From Podarcis gaigeae (Eukaryota): a DNA stretch of 64,000 bases. The stretch lies in the NCBI GenBank assembly GCA_964106915.2, contig OZ066924.1; one strand, given 5' to 3'. Below are positions 1-12,903 of the stretch, in pieces. Under the pieces are notes generated by a model. The model was not told the origin of the DNA, did not search any database, and saw only the letters and a list, made by a program, of their open reading frames with translations. Position 1 is the first letter of the stretch, and every line of letters starts with the position of its first letter. The position numbers and the translations under genes are program-made.

Positions 1-2207
1 CTTTGCAAATAAGCTAAGGGAAAAATTTAAATGAGAGCACCTTGTTTTATCTTTTGTTAGCAGGTGGTGCAGATTTATTCCATGTTGATTTGGATCGTAA
101 TGTGAGGGGACAAAGATAGATAAATAAACAGATTCTTAAAGCTGATGAGGGCTGTGGTGTTAGGTATGTAGGTATTTATATACATTTAAACCCCTTTAAA
201 TAGTCATGACTTTTCAAAGGGAAGAGGGACTGATCATTGAAAGGATATGACTCTGCTTTAAATGGGGCCTAAAATGTGGGGGACTAGAATGTTAGAGCAG
301 TAATGTGGCTACTTGTCACCCTCCAAATATTGTTGGACTGCAACTCCCATCATTCCTGACCATTGTCCATGCTGCCTGGGACTGATGAGAGTCTGGTTCA
401 AATCTCAGCTTTGCTATGAAGCTCACAGAGTGATTTTAGGCGCAGCCAGTCATGCACTCCCAGCCCAACATTCCTCACAGGCTTGTTCTGAGGCTAAAAC
501 AGAAGAGGAAAGAACCACATAGGCCACCCCGAGTTCCTTTACATTTTATTTATTTTGCAAGAACAAATGAAATCACTTTTCGTTGCTTCTCAGTCCTGTC
601 AGTAAGGAAGGAGACTCCAATTGTGCAAAAGTATCTTTACTACATTTTTGGGTAACCCCCCCCCCCCCCGAATTTCTTGCAATATTTTGCATAGGTATTT
701 AAAAGTTGTGTTTGTGTATGTGGCCTGCACTTTCAAAGCTGTTCTTCCCACTCGACATGTCTGCACACATTAGTTATGCCCTAATTAAATCATGCTGATA
801 AATATCTAGCATGGCCGTGTGACTTTACTGTGTTTCAGGGGCTTTGCCCTGAACCTGAGAACCTTCACAATTTGCTTTGTCTGAGCAGTGTTGGTCATTT
901 TTTACAACCACACACTTGCAAGTGCCAGTACACAATGGTTGGTGGTGCACAGGCCTTTTTCTTTGTCTCTTGGTACTGGAAGCAAAGGCTAGGTGATTAC
1001 CTGGCATCCTAAGCCAATCACAGTGATTAGGAGAGACTAAGAGAGACTAATGAGGAGCCGAAGAGGAGAGGGAGCTCCAAAACAAACATTCATGTTTGAG
1101 CTTCATCCTGAACCTTTCTAACTTCAATGTCTCTGTTCTCCTTCTGCCCTCTGACTTCATTCCTTTTGTTTGGCCTCAAAGCACCAGGACTGTGCTAAGG
1201 AGGGACTGGGCCACTGCTGCCTTCCAAGCCCTGCTGGCTCCTGCTGGCCTGGTCAGAAGGTGGGGAAGGATTCTTTCTAGTTTCTTTCTATGTCAGCCTG
1301 GAGGGCCCTGAACTTGTGAGATCCACAGGTTCTTGGATCCAGTGGATCTAAAGTTACTGCCATATCCTTTGCAGGGCTTTCCTCTGACATCCTCCAGTGG
1401 TAGTTTTCTGTGGCACCACCAGCAATGCTGCTTTCTGGCAGTAGAGGCTGGTGCAGAGAAGCCGTCTCTGTACCAGCCTAACATTGGGTGGGGAGAAGGT
1501 AGGATTAAACTATTCTGTTGATGGGAAATAATTCTAGAGAGTTTGCTAAGCCAAACCATGGTTTAGTGCAAATGCTTGTGTGGTAGTGGCTCAAGTCCTG
1601 CTGTACAACTGTGAGCTAAGTCATGGTTTGGCTTAATTTGTCACCTGGACCTGTGCTCTTCGGTTGCTGATACTGCTGTCTGAGACTTTGAAACTAAACT
1701 GTAATCAACCCAGTTACAGATAGGTAGCCGTGTTGGTCTGCTGTAGTCGAAACAAAGTAAAAAAAATTCCTTCCAGTAGCACCTTAGAGACCAACTAAGT
1801 TATTGGTTTGAGCTTTCGTCTGCATGCAAACTTCTTCAGATACACCGAAACAGAAGTCACCAGACCCTTATATACAGTAAGAGGGTGGGGAGGGGTATTA
1901 ATCAGAAGGGTGGTGGGAACGGGTGATTGGCTGAGCTTGCTGCAAGACAGACCCAAAAAAGAAAATAACAACACCACTAGTAATCACAGCTCCCAAGTTT
2001 AAACAGTACAACGCATCATAAGAGATCTACAACCTCTCCTAGACAATGACAGTTCTCTTTCTCAAGCTCTGGGAGGAAGACCTTTCATTGCCTACAGACA
2101 GCCACCCAATCTTAAACAACTCACCCACAAAAATACAACAACCAGACTTAACATGAACACCGGTACCAGAGCCTGCAATAAACCCAGTTGCCAACTTTGC
2201 TGCCACT

Positions 2208-2556
2208 TGTGGGTTAAAGCCTCAGCGCCTAGGACTTGCCGATCGAAAGGTTGGCGGTTCGAATCCCTGTGACGGGGTGCGCTCCCGCTGCTCGGTCCCA
2301 GCGCCTGCCAACCTAGCAGTTCGAAAGCACCTCCGGGTGCAAGTAGATAAATAGGGACCGCTTACCAGCGGGAAGGTAAACGGCGTTTCCGTTTGCGGCT
2401 CTGGCTCGCCAGATGCAGCTTTGTCACGCTGGCCACGTGACCCGGAAGTGTCTCCGGACAGCGCTGGCCCCTGGCCTCTTAAGTGAGATGGGCGCACAAC
2501 CCCAGAGTCTGTCAAGACTGGCCCGTACGGGCAGGGATACCTTTACCTTTACCTTT
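2208..2556 (+). mobile_element. Sauria SINE inserted in the Penelope ORF
   Basis: gggttaaagcctcagcgcc...gcaagtagataaatagg...(ACCTTT)n tail. Confidence 0.9.
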
Positions 2557-3119
2557 TTACACCAGGACAACACCATTACTGGACCCAACAACATCAAACA
2601 TACCATCTCAGGCCTATTTAATTGCTCATCTTCTAACATTGTGTATGCCATCAAATGCCAACGGTGCCCTTCAGCTCTCTATATTGGACAAACAGGCCAA
2701 ACCCTACGCCAAAGGATAAATGGACATAAATCTGACATCAGGAATCTCAAGACAGAGAAACCAGTAGGAGAACACTTCAATCTCCCAGGACATTCTATAC
2801 AAGATCTCAAAGTATCTGTCTTATTACAAAAGAATTTCAGAAATAGACTGGAAAGAGAAGTTGCTGAATTGCAACTTATTACCAAACTTAAAACCATGGA
2901 GAGACCTGGTCTGAATAGAGACATTGGATTCTTATCTCATTATACATGATAAAGCTATTTTTAGCCATCTCACCCCTTGCTTTTTCCTGTAAGACCAATT
3001 GCAGTCATTAACAGTTGTCAACAGGTTTACCACACCTACCAGTCAATCACCACCCTTCTGAGTAATACCTCTCCCCACCCTCTCACTGTATATAAGGGTC
3101 TGGTGACTTCTGTTTCAGT

Positions 3120-3157
3120 GTATCTGAAGAAGTGTGCATGCACACGAAAGCTCATAC
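3120..3157 (+). ncRNA. Minimal type I hammerhead ribozyme motif in Penelope pseudo-LTR
   Basis: GTAT-CTGAAGA-a-GTGTGCATGCACAC-GAAA-GC-TC-ATAC: conserved CUGANGA, GAAA and UH boxes; stem I GTAT/ATAC; palindromic stem II; minimal stem III (AGCT). Confidence 0.75.
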
Positions 3158-3210
3158 CAATCACAAACTTAGTTGGTCTCTAAGGTGCTACTGGAAGGAT
3201 TTTTTTAATA

Positions 3211-3441
3211 CAGTGGTACCTCGGGTTAAGTACTTAATTCGTTCCAGAGGTTTGTTCTTAACCTGAAACTGTTCTTAACCTGAAGCACCACTTTAGCTAA
3301 TGGGGCCTCCTGCTGCCGCAGCACGATTTCTGTTCTCATCCTGAAGCAAAGTTCTTAACCTGAGGTAATATTTCTGGGTTAGTGGAGTCTGTAACCTGAA
3401 GCGTATGTAACCTGAAGCGTATGTAACCCGAGGTACCACTG
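3211..3441. mobile_element. Tc1/mariner (Tigger-like) MITE, family A
   Basis: TIR CAGTGGTACCTCGGGTTA, TA TSD. Confidence 0.9.
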
Positions 3442-6400
3442 TAATCAGCCCTGCAGCAAATAAAATCCCCATGTGGTTAGCCCACAGAACATTCTAGTAG
3501 CCTGCCTCTGTGTTTGTTGTCTGTGACACACTGTCCTGAAAGTGGAGATGAGGTTACCCATTGTTTTTTCCAGCATTTCCTAACTGGATACAATCCTCTG
3601 TACAGTCTTCTCCATTTATAAGATGCAGTAGAAAGGAATGCAATTTTTCATTACCTCCTAAATCTGTGTATTTTGCTTTAATAAATGTGAGTGCCACGCA
3701 CCACTTCCTTCCCCACCCTGTCAATTGCAACTAGGTCCTTAAGATGCTGTCGTTTTGGATCATAGAAATTGGGGACATAGGATGTTTTTTATTTGGGAAT
3801 ACTGAAGGCAACATAAAGTTTAACAAGCCGATCTTCAGCAGCCTTTCACTTGATTTGAGAGACAAGTCACCTGCTACTCCATTAGTACTTGGAAGATTAT
3901 AAGCCTTGGAGATTTAGCTGAGGATTAGTAAATTGGAGAGTGTACATTATCAGGCTAGGCTTAGAACCATGATTGTCTCTTGATTCATTTTCATTAGTGC
4001 TTTATTCAAATATCGCAGGAATTATGTAACGATGACGTTTCAGGAGAATCTGTCAGGAATTCTTTTCTTAATTTTTAAAGACACTTTTACCAAAAGTTAT
4101 TTTTATAACTCTGGCTTGCAGCGTGTGAAATCCATTTTGAAAAACAGGGATGTAGTTGAGTCAGATCGCTGGGGCAAGATGCTTTTAAAGGCTGTAACCG
4201 AACACAGGCTGTCACTTCATTTGGTGGCGCATTGAAGGAGGCAGGATGAAGTATAAGAAATACATAACCATTCTTGAAGCTGCAGTTGGGATCACTCCCC
4301 TTAACAAGAGAGAACTGCTCCCTGTGGTCCGACATGCAAACCTTTGGCAGCATCCAGGGTAAGTTGCTTATTGGGAAAATGAGTAAAAGTAAAAAGCAAA
4401 TATTTACTCTCTAGCTGTGTGCAAGAAAGCTGCAGGCATTGTCTGCAAATGGGAGAAGTGATTAATTTAGAAAGTTGCAGAAGCTGAAGTAGTTCTCTGA
4501 GGGGCATGTACATGATGCCCTTGGCTAACATAGGGGTTGCTGCGATAAATTCAAAGCATGGTCAGGAATGGCATTTTAAACTGCTGTCTAAATTTTTGAG
4601 ACAAGAACTTAGTAGATAAGACAATGCAGACTTAGAGCAACAGCACATTAAGTAGGAACGTAATGGATATTCCCTGAGCACATTTCCCACTACTCATTTT
4701 CAAAAATTCACTTCTTAACATTGTATTGGAAACCTAACAGATTTTTGTGCTGTTGAATAATAGAAAGTCAAGATTCTTAGCATTCCTTTTTCCACCTCCC
4801 TTTTCCAAAAAGCCTCTTCAACTAATATTACTGAATGGGATAATGCAAGGCAGTGATTCTTAACCTTTTGGGGGTCATAGAACTCCTTGAGAATCTGTTG
4901 AAAGCTATGGACCCCCTCCCCAGAAAAATTCAGACAGACACGTACACACAAATTTTTGCATACAATTAATTTTATTGCATAGGGTTTTTTTCTCCCTTGC
5001 TGCTAGTTCATGGACCCCAGCAATGCTATCCTTTAAAAAAAAAAAAGAGGTGCCAGAACTCACCATGAACACCTTCCTCATTCTCTTAGAATGGCAACCC
5101 GCCTGGGATGTTCTGGAACTGAGTTCTGGCGAGTTCCTTCTGAAAAAAAAAGCCCAGGTTAAGTACCCTGATGTCAGGCAAGCTTCAAAAAAGATTTTCA
5201 GTTCATTTTCCCTTCACAGCACAAACAACAGATTCTAGATATTTAATCTTTATTGTTGTGATTAATAACCAGCACATAAAACACATCCATATGTGCAGGG
5301 CTGGGTTGGATCATACAACACATAAAACAGGATCCCACTTTTTCCTAATCTCTGTTTTCAGGCATTTCAAAAGGACATATACACAAAGGTACACTTCATA
5401 GGTTTTTGCCTTTGTCAGTTTAGGAGTCCTGCACTGGTGATGAGCTGGTAGTGCACCAGTGTCAACTGGCTAACAGAAAGAATATTGATCATGTCCCTAG
5501 AAGGCTTTGGAAAAATTCTTCTTTCAGCATAGCTGCCTGACAATATGAGTAGCCAAATGGCGAATTTACTTAGCTTTCATTTTCAAGAAATGTTGCTCTT
5601 TAGTGTTTTCTCAAGAGAGTACTTGAGAATATGTTTTGTCACTTAGGAAGCCTTTCTGTTATAGCCAAATCAAGCTTATGTGCCACTTCAGCATGCATAT
5701 TTACCTTCATGACGCTGATGAATCTGGAGAAGAAATTAAGTTTTGCTGCAAAACAAGGAGCACAACTGACATGCAAGCAACATGTGTTATGCTGGATTGT
5801 AAAGATGCCCACGCCTCTGTGCAATGCAGGCATGTGCATGTGCTGCTTTTTGTTCTTACAGGTAGTAGCGTCTCATGCCTCAGGGAAGGCTGCTTCAGAA
5901 GGACCTCAATTTTGGAGGAACTTGTTGCAAGGGGCTCCCTCCAGAATGGGAGGTTGAAAAGCCCCTATGTGTATATGGAACATTCTGCATGTCAATCTGG
6001 ATTCTGATCACCATTAATGTTAAGTGTCTAATGTGTTCAGTACTCTTCAACTGAAATTCCAAACCAAACCAAAACCACCACCCAGGCTATAGTAGTGTTG
6101 CAATCTGGTCCTATTTTATGGCTTAGATTTTAGCTGCGGGTTTACTGTAAAGACTCTTTCAGCTGAAATACATAACTAGGAAATGTTACCTTGTTCAGCT
6201 GCAGCTCAAGACGCACTATGGCTTAATTTGCAGCCTGGCTGTTGCTGTGATGGTAGCAGGTATAAGAGAGTCTGTGGAAAACAAATCCAAGTGAGTCCAC
6301 AGGGCCCATCACACTCGTTCTGCAATGTGCACTACATTGAATTTGATGTTTGATTCATCCATAAATAGATGAGCCAGGTTTTAGTTCTCCCTTTATAATC

Positions 6401-7390
6401 GTACTTTCTCCTAATATTTTAGGAACTACATTATTTTCCAGAGTAGTATTGGTTTTTTTAAAAAATTAAACATTAGTTTCCAGTTTAACAGAGCTGCTTG
6501 CTTTGATTCCTATATTGAAATGCCTTATAGACTCTGTTCAGCTAAGTGTTGCCTAGCTGTGGGCTGTGTAAGAGGAAGAGTCTCCACCCATGATATTGTT
6601 TTTTTAGCCACACACCCAAAATGTAAACATGCCATCTGAGAAACGTCATTGGTGTAAAGAATGGTAGCAATCCTTCCATCTTTTGTGAAATGTGAATGAT
6701 AACTACACAGAAACTACTGTGTTTCTGAGACACATTCCCCCCCACCTTCAGGACACGATTCATTGTAGGAGGTTATTTGCAGATACTGTACAGTAATCTT
6801 GTTTCCTAAGAGCCCTGAAGTAACATGCTGAGAACTAGTAGCATGACCAACAGCCAAACTGCTGCACTGCATGTAGCCATTTCATTAAGGAAGGAGTGTA
6901 TTCCATGCTAAACTGAAAGTAAAATTCTGTGCTCAAGCAGCCCAAACAAAAATAAATAAATAAATAAATATTATTTTGCAGACTTCAGTCATTTTTATTC
7001 TGGTTTTGCTAGTTATGTAGAAGCTTGAGGAGCTAATTTATCTTACTTCTGAGTAGTCTTTTATCTGTTTATTACTTTTTTACTTTATTTGTTTATTTCT
7101 TTTCCATCCCACCTTTTTTCCTCCAAGGAATTCAAGGTGGTGTACATTGTTTCCCCATTTCTTATTTAATCCCCCTAACAACCCTGTGAGGTAGGTTAGG
7201 CTGAGAGGCAGTGAACGGCCCAAGGTCAGCTGATGTTCTTCGTGGCTAAGTGAGGGTTTTAACCCTGGCCTCCCAGGTTCTAGTCCGACACTCTAACCAC
7301 TACACTACACTGCCACTCTGTTACTGTTAATTGCACTGTTTTTGTGTTTTAATATCAATAACATTTTTACAGGGAGCAAGAGAGTCAGTA

Positions 7391-8169
7391 CAGTGGTGCC
7401 CCGCAAGACGAACGCCTCGCAAGACGAAAAACCCGCTAGACGAAAGGGTTTTCCGTTTTGGAGGCGCTTCACAAAACGAATTTCCCTATGGGCTTGCTTC
7501 GCAAGAAGAAAGCCCATAGGGAAATCTCCGGGGACCTCTTTTAAATGCTAGCGGTGGGGAGCAAAGCCTTCCCCCCCCCTCCGGCCTTCAGAAGAGGTCC
7601 AGGAAGGCCGGCGGGGGCCGAAAGGCTTTGCTCCCCACCGCCAGCATTTTAAAAGCAGTCCGGGATAGCAGGGAAGCGCTTCCCGCTATCCTGGATGGCT
7701 TTTGAAGGCAGGCGGGGGGAGCAAAGACTTTTGCCCCCCGCCCGCCTTCAGAAGAGGTCCTGGACCTCTTCTGAAGCCTGGCGGGGGGCAAAAGTCTTTG
7801 TCCCCCCTGCCTGCCTTCCCGGGGGCTTTTAAATCGTCCCGGGACAGCGGAGAATTCCTCCGCTGTCCCGGGGCGATTTAAAAATGCTGGCGGGCGGCAG
7901 CGCTGCCGCCCGCCAGCATTTTAAGATCGCCCCGGACAGCGGAGAAGTCTCCGCTGTCCTGGGAAGGCAGGCGTGGGGGGAAGCAAAGACTTTCGCCCCC
8001 CGCCGGCCTTCAGAAGAGGTCGGGGGACAGACTGTCCTTGGACCTGGTCTGAAGGCGGTTTCCATAGGAACGCATTAATTGATTTTTAATGCATTCCTAT
8101 GGGAAACCGTGCTTCGCAAGACGAAAAGACTTGCGGAACGAATTAATTTCATCTTGCGAGGCACCACTG
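7391..8169. mobile_element. Tigger-like non-autonomous element with GC-rich internal direct and inverted subrepeats
   Basis: TIR CAGTGGTGCC.CGCAAGA, TA TSD; repeated gccttcagaagaggtc units. Confidence 0.85.
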
Positions 8170-9000
8170 TATGCTGCAGTGGACAGAGTGTTGGGTTGCA
8201 AATGCAATCCTACACCCACTTACCTTGATCTAAGCCCCATTATACTGAATGGGACTCACTTCTGAGTAGGAACATATAGATAGCATTCCTGTATGCTGTA
8301 ACTGTCTGTTTAATTTAAGTAAACGTTTGCATTAACATTGTCTTTGATAATAGTCACAGGTGCTTTGAAAACAAGGCATGTCCAATTCCCAAGAGACTGT
8401 GATCTACTCCCAGTATAAAAATACTGGCAGTGATCTACCCACTGTCATTGGAGGGAGGAGGCATGTGCATGGCGTGGGTGGATTGCCCAGAGTTGTTGAG
8501 CTTTTGGGGGGTTGTTAAGCTTCCCCCCTCCAATAACATTGTACATGTAGATCCTGTGATCTACCAGGGTCAGCCGGGGATCTACTGGTGGATCACGGTC
8601 TGCTGGTTGGACATCCCTGGTACACCATTGATACACAGTTGTGTCCTAGTTGAAGCCTGCCCATCATTGAAATGGAAGGGGGCAGAGGTTTTCAACCTTT
8701 TTGGATCCACAGCTCCCTTGACCAACTGCATTCTTTCTTCGGCACCCCTGGGGGGCTCAGGAGCCCAGTTAGGTCACCCCTTGCCTGCAGAGTGGCCAGC
8801 CTCTCACCCCTTTTTGAACACCCTCCCCTGTGGATTCTGCTCTCCTTTGAGAGTCCTCTGGGCAGCCACAGCTGCCACCCCTGGTCTCTGAGCTACCCCC
8901 CCCCCCCGCCCCAAAGAGAGGTTCCTCCGCACACTGCCCCCCCCCCCGCGGGGCCTAGGAAGCATCCCCGGACAGCCCCAGAGGCACCATTCGTCTGGGG

Positions 9001-9281
9001 CAGGGGTCAGCAAACTTTTTCAGCAGGGGGCCGGTCCACTGTCCCTCAGACAGTGAACTAAGGTTAGCAAACTTAAGGTCTGGGGGCCAGACTATATTTT
9101 GGGGGAAAAAAGAAAAAAAGAACAAATTCCTATGCCCCACAAGTAACCCAGAGATGCATTTTAAATAAAAGTGCACATTCTACTCATGCAAAAACATGCT
9201 GATTCCCAGCCCATCCGCGGGCTGGATTTAGAAGGCGATTGGGTCAGATCCGGCCCCCGGACCTTAGTTTGCCTACTGATG
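9001..9281. mobile_element. hAT MITE nested in another hAT-like MITE (~8683-9469)
   Basis: CAGGGGTCAGCAAACT terminus; 8-bp TSD GTCTGGGG 8993-9000/9282-9289. Confidence 0.85.
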
Positions 9282-10979
9282 GTCTGGGGAGCTTGTAGCC
9301 AGGGATGGTGCAACAAACAGCTGTGCAATCCTCTGGGAGACAGAGATGTGGGAGGGCATCAGAGGACAGAGCGAAGGAAAGAGGGACAGAGGCCAGGGTT
9401 GCCCACAGCACCCCTGACCACCATTCAAGGCACCCCAGGGTGCCACGGCACACTGGTTGAAAGCCACTGTAAAAAACACAAACTTGGTCTTGCTGCTACA
9501 GAAGGCAAAATTAGTTTAAGTAATATTTGTCTTGTGCAATTCTGAGCATGTAGAATCTAGGTTTGGTTTCTGATCTCACTTTATCTAAAACAAGTTTTAG
9601 CAGTTTCTCTTCTGCAGCCTGTTTCAAGAGTGTGCACATAGCGATTACAGATGAATTCAAGGTGCAGAAAGTGGGATAACTGGGCTTGCATGTTTGTCTG
9701 TTTTCTCTTTCTGGCTTTCCAGTGATGTTCCACTTTCTACCCTCTTTCCTGCTACTATCTCTGTGTCTTTTAACAGCTCAATAGCAAATTATATAGTCAG
9801 AAATTCAACAGGTGCAGCTTCCCCCATGCTGAGATGTAGTGATGGAAAATTGGTGCATTTTGAATTTCTGATGGGCATGTTTACATGTACAGAAACTCTG
9901 TTAATTCACATTTCAGAATAAAGCATGCGAAGAATAAGAAAATTAGAATTTATATTAACTAGTTAGAATTCATTATGGATAGAACTTTGTTGTCTTTTGG
10001 GAGATTGCTTCACAGCATGGCTGGTGTTAAAGAGGAATCATTTCTAGAAAAGTAAATAGATAAAAGAACATTGAAAGGTTTCCCCTCTAATTTCATTGTC
10101 TTTTAATTTCTGGCAATCTTCTGAAGCAGAAGGGAGAGTTGAACAACCATTTTAGAAATGTCTGATTACTCAGGGTTTCCCCTAGGAATAAAGGTGGAAG
10201 GTTTATTGTTAGCAAGGTGCTTGGATGGAGGGTGTGGCAAGGAAGGGTCCATGTGTGTCAGCCTGTCTTTCAGCTCGCTGTCGTGTGAGTGCACCGAGAG
10301 GTGAATGGTCCTTGGAATGGCGCTGTGTGCCAGGATGGGCCATGAAAACAAAGCTTCATCGCCTTGGAATTAATTATGGGTTGGAATGAAATGACATCGG
10401 TCTAGGGGCAGCACCTGCTGGACTTGGGGTCTAGGTGATTGAGGGGAATAGGTTAGTGGGTTTGGAGTTGCCTGCGAGATCATTAAATGTGACCTACTTG
10501 CACGAAGGAGAGGTGACTCTGTCCCTGAAGAGAGTGCCTGCCAAGGCCCCAGAATGTTCCAGGCGGAGTGGCAGAGCTGGTTCTGAAATGAAGCTCATTT
10601 CTGGAACCTGTTTTCCATGCCAGAGTTTGTGGCAGAGCAAAGTAATAGTCACTCTTCTGACTGCATACGAGGTGCCGTTAGAGGCATAATGCCTGTTTTC
10701 TCGTCTTCATCTTCCCCGCGTTCAGGCTCTGTTGACTTCCAAGGCAAGTTCATGAGAGGGCAAGCATTTTATTTATTATTAAATTTGTAAACTGACCTTC
10801 ATCTGAAGATCACAGGGTGGTTCACAACATAAAAATACAAAATGAGAACACATATTCATTCATGTGCAAGTAGAGTCAAGCCCCCTTCCTTCAGTGGCCA
10901 ATGCCGGTAGTTCTTTCAGCGCTTGTTTAAAACTTTGAATTTTTAAGTTTGAGTTTTAAGTCTGTTTCTGCTCTTGAAG

Positions 10980-11490
10980 TACCTAAGAGGAGCCTGCTGA
11001 ATCAGGCCAAGAGTCCAGCATCCTGTTCTTACAGTAGCCAGCCAGATGAGAAGCCAGCAAGCCGGACTGAGCCCAAGAGCCTCTTCCCCCTGTGGCTTCC
11101 AGCAACTGCAGTTCAGAAACATGAGTGCCCCCAGCCATGGAGGGCAGGGCAGAGCCATCATGGCAAACAGCCACAGACCGCCTTAGCCAGCCCTCTTCCA
11201 TAGCCATCCAAGCTGGTCTCCTGCGGAAGCAAAGTCCATAGTTGAATCATTCACCCCGCAGGAAGGACTTTCTTTTATCTGCCCTGAATCTCCCAACATG
11301 CAGCCCCAGTGGGTGCCCACAAGTTACAAGAGATGGAGAAAAACTTTTCTCTATCAACTCTTTCCATGCCATTGATAATTTTATAAACTTCCGTCATGTC
11401 ACCTCATACATTTCTCTAAACTAAAAACCTTTCCTCATAGGGGAGCCGCTCCATCCCTTTGATCGTTTCATTTGCCGGTTTCTGAATTGT
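10980..11490 (-). mobile_element. CR1-like LINE 3' end
   Basis: taagaggagcctgctgaatcaggcca...gtccagcatcctgttc. Confidence 0.55.
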
Positions 11491-11699
11491 ATAGTGATTG
11501 TATAGTGCTAAGTACAGTGAAAGACTCTATCAAAACTAGTAATGTCTGCTGTGTCAGTTGCCATGCAGAACTGTTGCCTTGCATGTGCCACATGCAGTTT
11601 AAAAGTAACTACCAAGTGTTAAGTTTTTAGTGTTTCAGGTTTAATGTTATTTGCATTAGACTTACCCTTTCCTTTCCTTTCCTTTCCTTTTCAACTCAG

Positions 11700-11820
11700 G
11701 GAACAGACAACAATCCCACCATCCCCGTGTGACTGGGACTGGAACCAGAGCTGTAACTCCAGCCCAAGACATCCTGCAGGAAAGAGACTGAGAGGACTGA
11801 AACAAGGCCTTCCTCACCAG
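11700..11820 (+). other. Candidate upstream TJP2 exon (5'UTR or N-terminal extension) from a distal promoter
   Basis: Long (CCTTT)n polypyrimidine tract then ctcag| acceptor; CAG|GTACGT donor; 40 open codons ending in phase 0. Confidence 0.5.
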
Positions 11821-11963
11821 GTACGTGTGCTAACAGATCTGTAAAGCTAAAATGCTTGAGACGTTGTGACTAACCTTTGACCATGTATTTTAAAAAATAT
11901 GTTAGTGACATTTTTGCCACAGAAAGACAGAAAATGAAAGTGGCAAGGTACAAGGGAACAGTA

Positions 11964-12183
11964 CAGTGGTACCTCAGTTTTTGAATGTAATCCATTCTGG
12001 AAGACTGTTCGACTTCCAAAATGTTCAAAAACCAAGGCGCAAAGGGCAGTCTGCAAATTCAGTAGAGAAAAGGGGGGGGGGACCTCAGTGCGTTCGAAAA
12101 TGGAAGCATTTACTTCTGGGTTTTCTGTGTTCAGAAACTGAAACGTTCGACTTCCGAGACATTTGGAAACTGAGATACCACTG
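11964..12183. mobile_element. Tigger-like MITE
   Basis: CAGTGGTACCTCAG...CTGAGATACCACTG, TA TSD. Confidence 0.8.
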
Positions 12184-12439
12184 TACAAAAGGTACTGTAG
12201 TTAAGCTATTGCAAAGATACTGCATTGTGTAGAGAAAAGTTACTTACAGATTTCTTTGCGCTGCATTGATCCTTTGAATGCAACTCTTCCCCACTGACAG
12301 CTGATTTGATGGAGGTCAGAGCAAGGGTCTATCTTTGTTTACATATAAGATGAAGGGCCACCATATTATGTCATTGGGGGGCAATGTCTCTAACCATCAA
12401 CCGTGATACACCAGTCACCCTGATAACACCATATTCCGT

Positions 12440-12745
12440 CTAACTACCCTTGTATGGTGAACTCTGTGGCCTCCCAGTGGTATTTCTAGACTCTGACAAT
12501 TCTCTATTAATTATTTGAAAGTCATTAGAAGGTTGAATCAATAATAAAGCTAATTCCAGGTTAGGTGGAATAGTTTGACATGTAATAACCGATCTTTTTG
12601 CAAATACTGCAGCCCAGATATCTTTCACAAAATGACATTTCCACCAAAGATGGAAAAAATCTCCTTTCCTTCCACAGCTTTGCCAGCAATCCTGTGAGAT
12701 CCTGGCCCCTAACAATTTATTATTCCATGTATATTTCCCATCTAG
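12440..12745 (-). mobile_element. L1-like ORF2 C-terminal fragment
   Basis: CWQSCGRKGDFFHLWWKC zinc-knuckle-like motif. Confidence 0.65.
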
Positions 12746-12764
12746 TTGCAAGTTTGCTCTAGAG

Positions 12765-12903
12765 CAGGGGTGGGGAATCTTTGGCCCTCCAAATGTTGCC
12801 AGACTAGAGCTCCCATCAGCCCTAGTCAGCATGGCCAATGGTCAAGACTGATGGGAGATGTAGTTCAACAACATCTAGATGGTCAAAGATTGTCCCACTC
12901 CTG
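12765..12903. mobile_element. Small palindromic hAT MITE (related fragments at ~320, 15170, 15975, 32575, 50800)
   Basis: CAGGGGTGGG..CCCACTCCTG; TSD CTCTAGAG/CTCTAAAG. Confidence 0.78.

Larger units (their letters stand above)
1711..3208 (+). mobile_element. 5'-truncated Penelope-like retroelement with inverted pseudo-LTR
   Basis: Degraded RT C-terminus/linker (PFIAYRQPPNLKQL; CNKPSCQLC) and GIY-YIG endonuclease (NIVYAIKC..LYIGQTGQTLRQRINGH..GLN) ending 2949; 1750-1935 is an inverted copy of 3040-3205 plus a ~40-nt tail; interrupted by a SINE. Confidence 0.9.

Noticed and set aside
2413-2949. 178-aa SINE-GIY-YIG fusion ORF as a new gene
   Set aside because: Chance in-frame junction of a SINE ATG with a truncated Penelope ORF; no promoter or splice support
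5840-5960. Acceptor-like ttcttacag followed by a short open frame
   Set aside because: No convincing donor or recognisable peptide
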